Part shown: positions 29,901 to 39,048 of the stretch, one piece after another
How the letters are laid out: every line of letters begins with the position of its first letter
Position numbering within the stretch: the stretch's first letter is position 1
Source: Nitrososphaeria archaeon
Lineage (GTDB): Archaea > Thermoproteota > Nitrososphaeria > Nitrososphaerales > JAAOZN01
Assembly: GCA_029775855.1 (NCBI GenBank)
Contig: JARVJZ010000001.1
Coordinates: 256,001-320,000 of the forward strand
Length of the DNA stretch: 64,000 nt
Direction of reading: 5' to 3'
Notes under the pieces: model-generated
The model's input: only the letters and a program-made list of their open reading frames with translations
Database searches by the model: none
Told to the model about the DNA's origin: nothing
Position numbers and translations under genes: made by a program

Positions 29901-30388
29901 ATGTAGCCACTGGAGACATCATTAAGATAGAGACGCCAAATGGCTCTCTTGAAACACCAGTGTTGGTGGAGCCTACAGTAGCTAGAGGTGTTATAGCTAT
30001 TCCAGTGGGAATGGGCAGGTGGGTTGAAAATGTTGTAAGCAAGCCTAAGTACTTCCAAAGTTCAAATCTGCAGAAGCACATTGATGAGTTGCCTAATACT
30101 GTGGTGATACCGGAGGAAGCTGTGAATCCTGTTAAGAAGCTGCCTAAGGTTGTTAAGAAGCTACTCTTTACAAAGTCGCAAGCATCTTATTATGATAATG
30201 GGCTTTCATACGATGAGTGGAGGTTTAATGGTATCACACCAACACCAATCTCTTCAAACGATCCTTCACTAGGTGGTTGGCCTCTGCTGTCTTGGCTAGG
30301 TGCTTCACAAGTCTACTTCTATACTCCAGCTAGAATATCTAAGACTGGTAGATCTGAGAAGATCTGGTTTACAGAAGCAGTTTGGTAG
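26954..30388 (+). CDS. ttrA: Tat-exported molybdopterin oxidoreductase, TtrA/SrdA clade
   Basis: SRRGFVK Tat, CLGCNVRC...GNPYHP...LCARG, HTSAC (Cys ligand), ADYIVPDTTYLE; BCA gene order. Confidence 0.8.
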   Translation: MVSRRGFVKGIIGLAAAGTFAAGYARIVEEMVKPTYTPIQPDPTIGDKVKYVYSSCLGCNVRCGIRAKVVEREGVSVVERIEGNPYHPYNRLVNPSSQYTRFDPLPYSTPAVKSLKYAGTLCARGQDGIHYLYDPYRIKSPLKRAGARGSGKWKKISWSQLIKEVVGGGVVEETGERIPGLKEIFVYGILRDAGIQDPNKILSEIKKDIDSIVQNAPKLTADELKDEIQKFKDKWSKQLSENSVKLEQILINPDMPDLGFKSNQLVFVRGRGQAHADDFYQRWTYAFGSVNWLRHTSACQLGFYCGNRIWAGTTDLSPDVRGAKVLIMAGAQIGRLHPGATGQGLIIERAAKGELKVFYVNPVSPRGDCGGNFEWVPIKPGSDAALALAIVRWIFDNKRFNKAFLESPNEEAAKSKGEVVYTNATWLVVTEPNHAKEGVFLRASDLGIGDSSKYVVYADGFKAHTDVKAAEILYKGRVKLASGEEVEVKTALQILNDEAASRSLDEWSAICGVPVQTIIRMAEAFTSVGRAASTYIHRGIAMHPQAEYSVWAYRALDLLIGNYFAKGGVMGRASTTNFNGYLYNVGTSSFGEPVRFGPYIDRHGVVYESTLEYWLKSKSGLSPYPAKRPWYPLTPEESYTELFAGISEEYPYPIRALFLYYANPVISANYGLKFIEVLKDTQKLPLFVAITTSINETYLYADYIVPDTTYLETGTLGCQYLYASSGGVSLAESWRTMVIPPLTDEIGRDPAGRVRYASMWEFLIDIAKALGMPGFGENGIKGATGGKYEGKSFPLNSLWDYIMRVYANGAMDAVRRKIVPSEVPKEDVEFVESNYPIAEYRDIIPDEWPYVAYVLARGGVFTSYKDSYDEKGFVKRTPPRTLLEFWDERLAQTRNSITGKRFYGGPKYFEPSTYAPIAEEAGERWQPGTPLRRIWSEAEYPMLIVPNGSPLFTKHRSQFYYWLKQIMPRNFAVIHPDDASKINVATGDIIKIETPNGSLETPVLVEPTVARGVIAIPVGMGRWVENVVSKPKYFQSSNLQKHIDELPNTVVIPEEAVNPVKKLPKVVKKLLFTKSQASYYDNGLSYDEWRFNGITPTPISSNDPSLGGWPLLSWLGASQVYFYTPARISKTGRSEKIWFTEAVW

Positions 30389-30391
30389 GAG

Positions 30392-30931
30392 ATGCTGAGA
30401 GAGGCTGCGGTTGGTAGGTTCAAGTTTTATTCAGCTCTTTCATATGTGCTTTGGGCCAAGGAGAATGGTCAGAGTGAGAGCTTAATAGATGTTGAGAGAG
30501 ACCTAGCCGCAGTTGAGATAACTTCCCAAAGTATAAAGGAGTTCCTAGTCAAGGATAGAAAGATACCTCTGGTTAGAGAATGCGTTAGCCGCTTTCCTGA
30601 AGACTATGCTAAGATGCTCACCAACTTCTATTCAGAGAACGGTTTTGAAGCGTCAACAATACAACCCGACCATCCCGCTGCGATGTTAGCCTTCACCGCC
30701 AGCCTAATATTTAAGGAGGTTGAGGACTCAAAAAATGTTGTGAAGTATTGGCGGGTTGAGCATAGGTTCATAAAGACATATTTGATGGAGGCGCTTCTCT
30801 GCTTGAGAAGTCGGATACCCTCTACTTTCACACAAGCTATAGTGGAGGCTGTTAGTATAGATCTCTCTCTCCTTTACGAGGCTTTGAAGAATGTTTCAAG
30901 CGATTCCGATGATGCCTCTATGGTACATTAA
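30392..30931 (+). CDS. TorD/DmsD-like redox enzyme maturation chaperone
   Basis: FY..NGF...QPDH motif; directly after the Mo subunit. Confidence 0.7.
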   Translation: MLREAAVGRFKFYSALSYVLWAKENGQSESLIDVERDLAAVEITSQSIKEFLVKDRKIPLVRECVSRFPEDYAKMLTNFYSENGFEASTIQPDHPAAMLAFTASLIFKEVEDSKNVVKYWRVEHRFIKTYLMEALLCLRSRIPSTFTQAIVEAVSIDLSLLYEALKNVSSDSDDASMVH

Positions 30932-31088
30932 GCCAATTCTGTCCCGGCTGCCTCTTTAGCATATATCTCTTGATGTATGTCCTTCTATTTCGATACTTTG
31001 GTATAGGTGATGTTCTCGGCCTGGCTTCTAGCTTGGGTGTCTGAGACCTAACCTTCCCAGCTTTTGTGAGAGAGCCGTGTGTTGGCAT
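30918..31088 (-). CDS. rps30e: 30S ribosomal protein S30e
   Basis: Manual translation MPTHGSLTKAGKVRSQTPKLEARPRTSPIPKYRNRRTYIKR...; not in ORF track. Confidence 0.95.
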   Translation of the reverse strand: MPTHGSLTKAGKVRSQTPKLEARPRTSPIPKYRNRRTYIKRYMLKRQPGQNWLNVP

Positions 31089-31136
31089 ACTACATCCGGG
31101 GTTAAGCTACTCTTTGGTTCATTAAATACCTTGCGG

Positions 31137-31958
31137 TTAAACTATCTTCTTTAAAAGACCAGAGGGTGCTCTTTTAAATCTACCTAACTCCTCTTTAACT
31201 TCCTTCAACATAGTGGTATCGAACACAGGGCCGTCTCTGCATACAAGGTATCTACCTATCACACAGGAGCCACAGAGGTTTATGCCGCACTTTATATAAC
31301 GCTCCAGACTCGCTTGGATAGGTATATTGTATGCTGATGCTATGTCGTAGACCTTCTTTATCATCAACTCAGGTCCGCACGTGTAGATTTGGTCAAATCG
31401 GCGTTCTTTTAATAGATGATTTAGAAGGTCTGTTGCTACACCTTTGAAACCTAAGGTTCCGTCTTCAGTCGCATAAACCACTTTAACACCAACTTTCTTT
31501 AAATTTTTAGCTCTTGTGAGTAGGGGTATTGAATCTGATGAATCCCCGGCTAGGAGAAGCGTAACATCTCTACCGCTTAAAGCGCTTTTTTCTGCCAAGG
31601 GTATTAGAGGGGCTATCCCGGTTCCTCCGCCTACAAGTAAGTTTGTGTTTCCTTGAATGGTGAAGCCTCTGCCGTAAGGGCCTCTAATCCATATCTTTTC
31701 ACCAGCTTTCATGCTGCATAGCTTTTTGGTGCCTCTTCCTACTGCTCTGACAGTTACTGCTGCGTAGCGTCGGCTGATTTCTGATAGGCTCATTGGGCAT
31801 TCGTTTTCAGATGGGACCCAGAGCATTATGAACTGTCCAGGCTCGGCTCTTGAGCATGCTTTGTCTCTGAACCTTAGGGTGTATGTTATCTTCGAGTCTT
31901 TTTGCTTCGATACTATCTCTACTGCTCTTAGAATGTCAAGGTTTATGCGCGAGTCCAA
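31137..31958 (-). CDS. pyrK: dihydroorotate dehydrogenase electron-transfer subunit
   Basis: PGQFIMLW, RGPYGRGF, GGGTGIAP, CGPE, CGINLCGSC...CRDGPVF. Confidence 0.93.
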   Translation of the reverse strand: MDSRINLDILRAVEIVSKQKDSKITYTLRFRDKACSRAEPGQFIMLWVPSENECPMSLSEISRRYAAVTVRAVGRGTKKLCSMKAGEKIWIRGPYGRGFTIQGNTNLLVGGGTGIAPLIPLAEKSALSGRDVTLLLAGDSSDSIPLLTRAKNLKKVGVKVVYATEDGTLGFKGVATDLLNHLLKERRFDQIYTCGPELMIKKVYDIASAYNIPIQASLERYIKCGINLCGSCVIGRYLVCRDGPVFDTTMLKEVKEELGRFKRAPSGLLKKIV

Positions 31959-32859
31959 CTATTTCACCCACACTCTTATATCCTCTTGCCTTAAGGTAAG
32001 ATGTTAAGCCTTCTGATATCTTTTTGAATACCTCTAATCCTTCGTATGCTATTGCTGAGCCTATCTGTAGGGCTGAGGCGCCGGCTAAAAGGTATTCTAC
32101 AGCGTCTCGCCAAGTAGCTATGCCGCCTGAGCCTATGAGAGGTATCTTAACATATTCGAAGATTTCATACACACATCTTAGAGATATTGGCTTCAGAGCC
32201 TTCCCTGATAGACCACCTACTTTATTTGAAAGGATGGGTTTTGCTGCATCAACATCTATAGCCATCGCTCTGATTGTGTTGGTTGCGGTTATAGCGTCTG
32301 CACCGGCCTTCTCAGCGGCCACTGCTACTTCAACGATGTTAGGTAGGTTTGGTGAAAGCTTAACATATACGGGTTTCTTGGAGACCTCTTTTACCCGCTT
32401 AACTATCTTCTTAACCAACTTAGGGTCATGCCCAACCTCTAAACCTACACCTTTAACGTGTGGGCATGATAAGTTCAGCTCATAGGCTTTTACGTGGCTG
32501 TGCTCAAAGATTTGAGCGAGTTTTGCAAATTCTTCTTCATTCTCAGCGAATAAGCTTACAACTATAGGTGTGCTCTGCTCTTTGATTCTCTTTAACTCTT
32601 TTAGAAACGCTCTAGCGCCTTGGTTCGCCAAGCCTATTGCGTTAATATATCCGCATTCAACAGCTACTATAGTTGGGTTTCGATAGCCTTCTCTAGGTTT
32701 TAGGCTTATCGACTTCGTCACAACCGCTCCGGCGCCAGCCTCTAGAGCCTTCATAATCAGCTCAGCCGATACGCCAAGTATTCCAGATGCGAGCATCAAA
32801 GGGTTCTTTATCTTTAACCCCCTTAGATTTACTGTTATGTCAACCTCTACACTATTCAA
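31936..32859 (-). CDS. pyrD: dihydroorotate dehydrogenase class 1B catalytic subunit
   Basis: NPLMLASG, ELNLSCPHV, KLSPN, GGLSG, GSGGI. Confidence 0.95.
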   Translation of the reverse strand: MNSVEVDITVNLRGLKIKNPLMLASGILGVSAELIMKALEAGAGAVVTKSISLKPREGYRNPTIVAVECGYINAIGLANQGARAFLKELKRIKEQSTPIVVSLFAENEEEFAKLAQIFEHSHVKAYELNLSCPHVKGVGLEVGHDPKLVKKIVKRVKEVSKKPVYVKLSPNLPNIVEVAVAAEKAGADAITATNTIRAMAIDVDAAKPILSNKVGGLSGKALKPISLRCVYEIFEYVKIPLIGSGGIATWRDAVEYLLAGASALQIGSAIAYEGLEVFKKISEGLTSYLKARGYKSVGEIVGLAHKP

Positions 32860-32901
32860 ATAGGTTCACCGTAGGTTTTTAACTACACATGTATAAGGAT
32901 T

Positions 32902-34113
32902 GTGTGCAAGTGGTTGGATGTGGAGTCAACAATATTAGTAAGCGAAGCTGGATTGGTGCTGCTTGACGATAAGTTAAACCCCATATTTGCCAAACCCTAC
33001 AAAGAGGAGCCTCTTAACGCGTATAGGATGCTTCTCTTAGGGGAGACAAGCCCCACTCTAGAAGAGTTTTTGAAGGAGGCTACTGGTATCGGTGTGAGCA
33101 AGTTTAAGGTGGGAGAAGAAGGGTTAAGGGCCGCAATCGAATCATTAGGATACTCCTGTGTTGCATTAGATGAGTATGTAGCTGCCGAGCTCAAGGAGAA
33201 GAGACTCGAGCTGATGGTTAGCGCGGGGCTTGTGGAGAATGTTGCGAAGGCTGAGGAGCTTGTGCGCCAAGCAGCTATATATTTGGCTGAAGCGAAGATC
33301 AGAGAAGCCTCGGCTAAACCAGATCTACAGATAATTCAATCTATACAGACGCTAGATGAAGTGGATAAGGCAGTGAACATATTCACATCACGCCTAAAGG
33401 AGTGGTTTGGTCTACACTTTCCAGAGTTATCAGATATCTTAACCGAACCTGAAAGCTACATAGACTACATACTAACGGTAGGCTATAGACATCTAACAAA
33501 AGAGTTGGCTAGGAACCTAAAGTTGGCTGAAAAGAAGATTGAGATTATATTAGAAGCCTCAGAAAAGTCGAAAGGCGCAGACATTAGAGAAGAAGACTTG
33601 AATAGAATAAAGATGCTAGCCAAAGAAGTCAAAGACCTATACGCCCTAAGAAAATCCCTACAACGACACATAGAAGTAACTATGACAAGAATAGCACCAA
33701 ACCTAACAGCTTTAGCAGGCGCTACAATAGCAGCAAGGCTCATAGCGAAAGCAGGCGGCTTAGAGAAGTTAGCTAGGCTTCCAGCCAGCACCATTCAAGT
33801 TTTAGGGGCTGAAAAAGCACTTTTCAGAGCGCTGCGCACAGGCGCACCCCCACCTAAACACGGGCTCTTATTTCAGCATAAGCTAGTTCACTCAGCTCCA
33901 GCGTGGCAAAGAGGAAAGGTTGCTAGATCTCTTGCAGCAAAGATAGCGTTAGCAGCTAGAGTCGATGTTTATAGAGGGGAGAGGGATAAGAGGATCGACA
34001 CACACCTTGAAAAAAGGATAGAAGAGATCAAAGCAAAGTATCCAAAGGCTCCTAAATTCTCTAAACCAAAGGGAGCAAAGTATGGAGAGAAAAAGCATAG
34101 GAGAAGGAAGTAG
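32902..34113 (+). CDS. nop5: C/D box sRNP protein Nop5 (Nop56/58)
   Basis: EWFGLHFPEL, APNL, LPASTIQVLGAEKALF, PKHG. Confidence 0.95.
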   Translation: MCKWLDVESTILVSEAGLVLLDDKLNPIFAKPYKEEPLNAYRMLLLGETSPTLEEFLKEATGIGVSKFKVGEEGLRAAIESLGYSCVALDEYVAAELKEKRLELMVSAGLVENVAKAEELVRQAAIYLAEAKIREASAKPDLQIIQSIQTLDEVDKAVNIFTSRLKEWFGLHFPELSDILTEPESYIDYILTVGYRHLTKELARNLKLAEKKIEIILEASEKSKGADIREEDLNRIKMLAKEVKDLYALRKSLQRHIEVTMTRIAPNLTALAGATIAARLIAKAGGLEKLARLPASTIQVLGAEKALFRALRTGAPPPKHGLLFQHKLVHSAPAWQRGKVARSLAAKIALAARVDVYRGERDKRIDTHLEKRIEEIKAKYPKAPKFSKPKGAKYGEKKHRRRK

Positions 34114-34765
34114 AATCATAAGATTAGAAGTCGATGGGCAGATTAGACTAGCAACCCAAAACTTAGCCCCAAACATAAGCGTCTACGGAGAGAAGCTCAT
34201 AGTGGTTGATGGGCAAGAATATAGAGTCTGGGACCCCTTTAGAAGCAAGTTGGCAGCAGCCATACTTAAGGGCCTTAAGGATATCGGCTTAAAAGAAGGG
34301 TACCGCGTCCTCTACCTAGGTGCGTCAACAGGCACAACCCTAAGCCACATATCAGACATAGTAGGTGAAAGAGGAGTAGTTTTTGGTGTTGAATTCTCAG
34401 CTAGAGTAGCACGAGAGCTTATAGAGCATGTAGCTAAATATAGGAAAAATGTTGTGCCTATAGTGGCTGATGCTAGGCACCCAAGATCATATCCTTCAAT
34501 ATATGGTAAAGTCGACTTAGTATATTGTGATATAGCTCAGCCAGACCAGACAAATATAGCGGTTGAAAACTGCAGAGTTCACCTCAAAAAGGAGGGAAGC
34601 CTTATGCTGATAGTAAAGTGTAGAAGCATAGATGTAGCCATGGAGCCTTCGCTCATAGTGAAGCAAGAGGTAGCCAAACTTAAGGAAAACGGATTTAAGA
34701 TCAACCAAGTCATTGAGCTAGAGCCTTTCGACAAAGATCACGCATTGATACACGCAACTCAATAA
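34082..34765 (+). CDS. flpA: fibrillarin-like rRNA/tRNA 2'-O-methyltransferase
   Basis: WDPFRSKLAA, VLYLGASTGTTLSH, DIAQPDQ, LEPFDKDH. Confidence 0.95.
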   Translation: MERKSIGEGSRIIRLEVDGQIRLATQNLAPNISVYGEKLIVVDGQEYRVWDPFRSKLAAAILKGLKDIGLKEGYRVLYLGASTGTTLSHISDIVGERGVVFGVEFSARVARELIEHVAKYRKNVVPIVADARHPRSYPSIYGKVDLVYCDIAQPDQTNIAVENCRVHLKKEGSLMLIVKCRSIDVAMEPSLIVKQEVAKLKENGFKINQVIELEPFDKDHALIHATQ

Positions 34766-34784
34766 ACAAAGAAAAAGTCTTAAG

Positions 34785-35207
34785 GTGAGTGAATATACTC
34801 TCTTAGGAGATAGGAATTTGATTAAAGTTAGAGAAATTATGGTCTCACCCGTAATAACAATCGACTCAGAGGCGACCGTTGAAGAAGCTTGCAGAATAAT
34901 GGGTGAAAAACACATAGGCAGCGTAATCATAACAGAAGCCGGAAAGCCATCTGGAATCTTCACTGAAAGAGACCTCTTAACAAAGATCCTACTAAACGAC
35001 CACAGCCTAATGAAGGAGAAAGTTAAGAAATTCATGAGCAGCCCACTAACAGTCATCACACCAGACTTCGACTTAAGAGAGGCTGCTAGGATTATGACAC
35101 AGCTCAAGATAAGAAGGCTGCCGGTTGTGCACATGGATCAGCTCGTCGGTATAATAACCTCAGCAGACATAACCCGCGCAATAGGAGAGAACCCCTTAAA
35201 CATATAG
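34785..35207 (+). CDS. CBS-pair protein
   Basis: GIFTERDL, MSSPL, IRRLPVV, GIITSADI. Confidence 0.9.
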   Translation: MSEYTLLGDRNLIKVREIMVSPVITIDSEATVEEACRIMGEKHIGSVIITEAGKPSGIFTERDLLTKILLNDHSLMKEKVKKFMSSPLTVITPDFDLREAARIMTQLKIRRLPVVHMDQLVGIITSADITRAIGENPLNI

Positions 35208-35219
35208 GGAGAGTCAACA

Positions 35220-35417
35220 TTGAGCAAAGAATTAAAGATTGCTAGATGTGTCGAATGCGGACGCATTATACCAAGTGATGAAGCATCTTGGAGAGTCTGC
35301 TCTATGTGCGGAGACAGCATATGCCTCGAACACACATATTATATGCGTGTAAAGCGCACGGGGCTCTACGACATCTATTATGATGTTGTTAGGGTCTGCA
35401 AGAAGTGTAAGATCTAA
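35220..35417 (+). CDS. small Cys-rich Zn-finger protein
   Basis: CVEC, CSMC, CLEH, CKKC in 65 aa; co-oriented with the CBS gene. Confidence 0.7.
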   Translation: MSKELKIARCVECGRIIPSDEASWRVCSMCGDSICLEHTYYMRVKRTGLYDIYYDVVRVCKKCKI

Positions 35418-36175
35418 GGCTTCTTAGATAAGAATGCTCTTAAACCCTCTTGAGCCTCTGGGCTACTTACCACTAAGTTAAAGGCAGCCCGCTCTAAAGT
35501 TTGAAGTGTTTCCCTATCAGAGTCCATGGATTGGTTTACAACCTGCTTTATTAGGCGAAGTGCAAAGCCGCTCTTTGTAGCGATCTTCTGAGCCAACCCC
35601 ATAGCTGCTTCTTCAAGCTTCTCAGGCGGCACAACGGTATTCACAAGCCCAGCTTCAAGAGCACGCTTAGCATCCCACCTATCTCCAGTATACAGAAGCT
35701 CCTTAGCACGCCTCAACCCAATAACACGAGGCAGCCTCATAGTGGAGCCGCCACCAGGCATAAGACCACGGTTGATATGCTCATCACCAAAGATAGCCTG
35801 CTCCGAAGCGACTACAAGGTCACAACATAGCGTCAATTCAAGCCCGCCAGCAAGAGCATAGCCATTCACAGCAGCAATAACAGGTTTATCGCAACACTCA
35901 AGCCTAAACAAAAACTCATCTAAGCTTTGAATGTAATCATATAGATCTTTTTGACTCGCTTGAGCCATAAACTTTAGGTCAGCACCAGCGCAAAAGGCTC
36001 TACCGGAACCAGTCAAAACAAGAACCTTGATCTGCGGATCCTGCTCTATATCTTTTAATGCTTGCCTCAATTCGTTGATTAATGTTGGGCTTAGAGCATT
36101 CAATGCTTCAGGTCTATTCAGCGTGATCTTAGCAACTGGAGGCTTCTTCTCTAGAATTATCTGTGTAAATGACAT
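35414..36175 (-). CDS. enoyl-CoA hydratase/isomerase
   Basis: LNRPEALNAL, FCAGADL, PVIAAVNGYALAGGLEL, PGGG. Confidence 0.92.
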   Translation of the reverse strand: MSFTQIILEKKPPVAKITLNRPEALNALSPTLINELRQALKDIEQDPQIKVLVLTGSGRAFCAGADLKFMAQASQKDLYDYIQSLDEFLFRLECCDKPVIAAVNGYALAGGLELTLCCDLVVASEQAIFGDEHINRGLMPGGGSTMRLPRVIGLRRAKELLYTGDRWDAKRALEAGLVNTVVPPEKLEEAAMGLAQKIATKSGFALRLIKQVVNQSMDSDRETLQTLERAAFNLVVSSPEAQEGLRAFLSKKP

Positions 36176-36258
36176 AATTATCTGCTTCGCTTAACGCTCT
36201 CTTAAGGTTTTTGTAAACCACTCTTTTAATATATCTGAAGATAAACCATAGGTGAGCG

Positions 36259-37356
36259 TTGCCTGAGCGGGTAATAATGCAAGTTGACTTAGATTACTTT
36301 TATGCCCAATGTGAAGAAGTTAGGGATCCTTCTCTTAAGAACAAACCTGTAGTCGTCTGCATCTACTCTGGAAGAGGAGAAGACAGCGGCGCAGTCTCAA
36401 CATCTAACTATGTAGCGAGAAGATACGGGGTTCGCTCAGGCATGCCTATTACGAAGGCTAAGCAGCTACTCAAAAACGCTGAAGCGGTCTTCTTAAAAGC
36501 AGACTTAGACTACTACGACGAAGTTTCCAGAAGAGTGATGAATATACTCAGAAAATACGCTGACAAATTCGAAGAAGTAAGTGTAGACGAAGCATACCTA
36601 GATGTAACGGAGAGGGCAAAAGGGGACTATGAAGCCGCAAGAGAGTTAGCGTCAAAGATAAAAAATGAGATAAAAGAAACTGAAAATCTAACATGCTCAA
36701 TAGGCATAGGGCCAAACAAGGTTATAGCAAAGATGGCTTCAGACTACCAGAAGCCAAACGGGCTTACAGTAGTCAAACCTACTGAAGCTTTTGAATTCAT
36801 ATCTAAGATGGCTGTCGACAAACTCCCTGGGGTAGGCGCTAAAACTAGGAAGATACTTGAGGAGATGGGTGTAAAGACGATAGGAGAACTCGCTAAGCAA
36901 GACCCTCAGAAACTTGTCTCAAGATTCGGCAGAAAACTTGGAAACTACCTTTACAACGCTGCAAACGGTAGGGATGATGAGCCAGTGAAAGAGAGGCTTG
37001 AACCCACCCAATTCAGCAGAATCGTAACCTTAAAGCAAGACCTCCAGAAGGTTGATGAAATCGAGAAGTATATTGATGAGATCTGCCGAGACCTTTACAC
37101 TCGAGTTTCATCCCAAGGATACATCTTTAAGAGTGTTGGGGTAATGTGTGTCAGTGACACACTTGCGGCATATACGCGCAGCGAAACATACGAGCATCCT
37201 TTAGACAGCTACGAAGCACTAAGATCGGCATCCACTACACTCTTATCTAGATTACTTGAAGAAGAAAAGATAAAGATAAGGAGGGTTGGGGTTAAGGTTT
37301 CAGATCTTGTGAAGAAGAGTGGTCAGAAGACACTTTACGACTTCATAACACCTTAG
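36259..37356 (+). CDS. dbh: Y-family DNA polymerase IV (Dpo4/DinB)
   Basis: DLDYFYAQ, SNYVARRYGVRSGMP, SVDEAYLD, AKMASDYQKPNG, LPGVG. Confidence 0.94.
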   Translation: MPERVIMQVDLDYFYAQCEEVRDPSLKNKPVVVCIYSGRGEDSGAVSTSNYVARRYGVRSGMPITKAKQLLKNAEAVFLKADLDYYDEVSRRVMNILRKYADKFEEVSVDEAYLDVTERAKGDYEAARELASKIKNEIKETENLTCSIGIGPNKVIAKMASDYQKPNGLTVVKPTEAFEFISKMAVDKLPGVGAKTRKILEEMGVKTIGELAKQDPQKLVSRFGRKLGNYLYNAANGRDDEPVKERLEPTQFSRIVTLKQDLQKVDEIEKYIDEICRDLYTRVSSQGYIFKSVGVMCVSDTLAAYTRSETYEHPLDSYEALRSASTTLLSRLLEEEKIKIRRVGVKVSDLVKKSGQKTLYDFITP

Positions 37357-37778
37357 GGCTGAGTAATCTTTATCGCTTGAACTGGGCACTGCACTTCACA
37401 AGCCATGCAGAAGATGCAGTCTTGCTCTCTCACCGGGTCGGACTTATCTGTCCTAAATTTTGCATGAAGTTCACCTTCTAGAGGCCATTTATCTTTTCCT
37501 GTACCAGCTTGCCCTTCGTTTAGAGCCCATTCGAAGACGTTGACTGGGCAAACATCCATACATATACCATCTGCGATGCAGCAGTCCCAGTCTACTGCTA
37601 CTTGTGTGCCGTGTATTCCGAGCTTTGTCGGGTAGGGGTTGCCGTCTCCATCTACTCTCTGTTTACCTTCAGCCCTAACCTTATGCCCTTTATGCTCGCC
37701 AGTAATGGGATACTCGTCACTCTTCTTGAGGAAGTCAGCATCTATTGGCTTGGGTTTGAAGTCAACTTCTCTTACCAT
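37353..37778 (-). CDS. zinc-containing dicluster ferredoxin (Zfx-like)
   Basis: N-terminal H.GH extension, LGIHGT.VAVDWDCCIADGICMDVCP, DK.DP..E.DCIFCMACEVQCP; start taken at MVREV. Confidence 0.88.
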   Translation of the reverse strand: MVREVDFKPKPIDADFLKKSDEYPITGEHKGHKVRAEGKQRVDGDGNPYPTKLGIHGTQVAVDWDCCIADGICMDVCPVNVFEWALNEGQAGTGKDKWPLEGELHAKFRTDKSDPVREQDCIFCMACEVQCPVQAIKITQP

Positions 37779-37929
37779 TCCTATCTCGAATAAAGATTCA
37801 ACGAAGATGTGTAAATATTTTTCTGCTAATCTGTTAGAGAAAATGCATAAACAGAAGGAGACTATGCATCTCAACGAGCACGAACTTAAGCGGTAAACGC
37901 TTATACTAAATCCCTCATATGCTAAGGGT

Positions 37930-38778
37930 GTGCAGAGCCTTAAAATAGGTTTCCACGTCTCAATATCCGGCTCAATAGATCTGGCTGTGGATAGGGCTAA
38001 GGAGGCGGGATGCACAGCCTTCCAGATCTTCTTAAAGAATCCAAGAGGATGGTCTTACAAACCGCTTCGCGAAGAAGAAGCGGCGCTTTTCGTAAAGAAG
38101 TGTGAAAAGTTTGGATACAGCGAGCTTTTGGCTCATATGCCTTATCTGCCTAACTTAGCATCACCTAATGATGGGATATACAAAAAATCTTTTAACTGTT
38201 TAGTTGAGGATCTTGTGAGGGCGGGTAGGCTTAGAATTCCATATCTTGTGCTGCATCTTGGAAGCCACATGGGTTCAGGAGAAGAGGCTGGTGTAAAGAG
38301 GATTGTAGAGGCTTGTAGAACCGCTCTTAATACCGTGGGTAACAAGGTTATGTTGCTGCTTGAGAACACAGCTGGGCAAAAGAATAGCATAGGTTCAAGG
38401 TTTAAGGATCTTAGAAGGATAATGGATGAGATAGGTGAGTATAGTAGGGTAGGGATATGCTTCGACACTTGCCACGCTTATGCTGCTGGTTATGACCTTA
38501 GAACAGAGAAAGCTGTGTCTGAGACATTACATCAACTTGACAAAGAGGTAGGCTTCGAACACGTAAAAAGCATACACTTAAACGACTCTGTAGGCGAACT
38601 CGGCTCACATCTAGATAGGCACGAGCATATAGGCTTAGGCAAGATAGGGGAGAATGGGATGAAAGCCATACTACACACACCAGAAATCAGAAAACTACCA
38701 ATAGTGATGGAGACACCAGTCGATAAAAGAAGAGACGATAGAGGAAACCTAATGAAAGCACTTGAACTAGCAACTTAA
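37930..38778 (+). CDS. nfo: endonuclease IV (AP endonuclease)
   Basis: GFHVSISG, HMPYLPNLAS, LENTAG, CFDTCH, HLNDS, DRHEHIG, METP. Confidence 0.95.
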   Translation: MQSLKIGFHVSISGSIDLAVDRAKEAGCTAFQIFLKNPRGWSYKPLREEEAALFVKKCEKFGYSELLAHMPYLPNLASPNDGIYKKSFNCLVEDLVRAGRLRIPYLVLHLGSHMGSGEEAGVKRIVEACRTALNTVGNKVMLLLENTAGQKNSIGSRFKDLRRIMDEIGEYSRVGICFDTCHAYAAGYDLRTEKAVSETLHQLDKEVGFEHVKSIHLNDSVGELGSHLDRHEHIGLGKIGENGMKAILHTPEIRKLPIVMETPVDKRRDDRGNLMKALELAT

Positions 38779-38823
38779 AAACTACACTTATGTATCCCTC
38801 AGATAAACCTAAGTGTAGAGCGC

Positions 38824-38908
38824 GCGGGGGTTGCCAAGCCAGGTCAAAGGCGCGAGGCTTAGAACCTCGTCCCATAGGGGTTCGTGGGTTCAAATCCCAC
38901 CCCCCGCA
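38824..38908 (+). tRNA. tRNA-Leu(TAG), intronless
   Basis: GCGGGGG/CCCCCGC-A acceptor, anticodon arm CGAGG-CTTAGAA-CCTCG, long variable arm, GGTTCAAATCC. Confidence 0.95.
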
Positions 38909-39048
38909 CTTTACAAGTAGTTTTAGTAGTAGAGGCTAATGCTACTATCCAGCAGAAAATCTGATAATGTAAACCCATCTTAACATCATAGTTAATGCTG
39001 GATAAATGCTTATATTCTGTCTTAAGGTTGGTCTGTCAAGGGAAATCG

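Noticed and set aside
37779-38015. Long N-terminal extension on the ferredoxin ORF
   Set aside because: Overlaps the divergent promoter and nfo start; homology begins near MVREVDF (37778).
38687-38893. 68-aa minus-strand ORF
   Set aside because: Antisense to tRNA-Leu and the nfo 3' end.
38909-39048. Integrated element at the 3' end of tRNA-Leu or tRNA-Ile
   Set aside because: No integrase and no duplicated tRNA 3' end seen; housekeeping-type genes follow directly.
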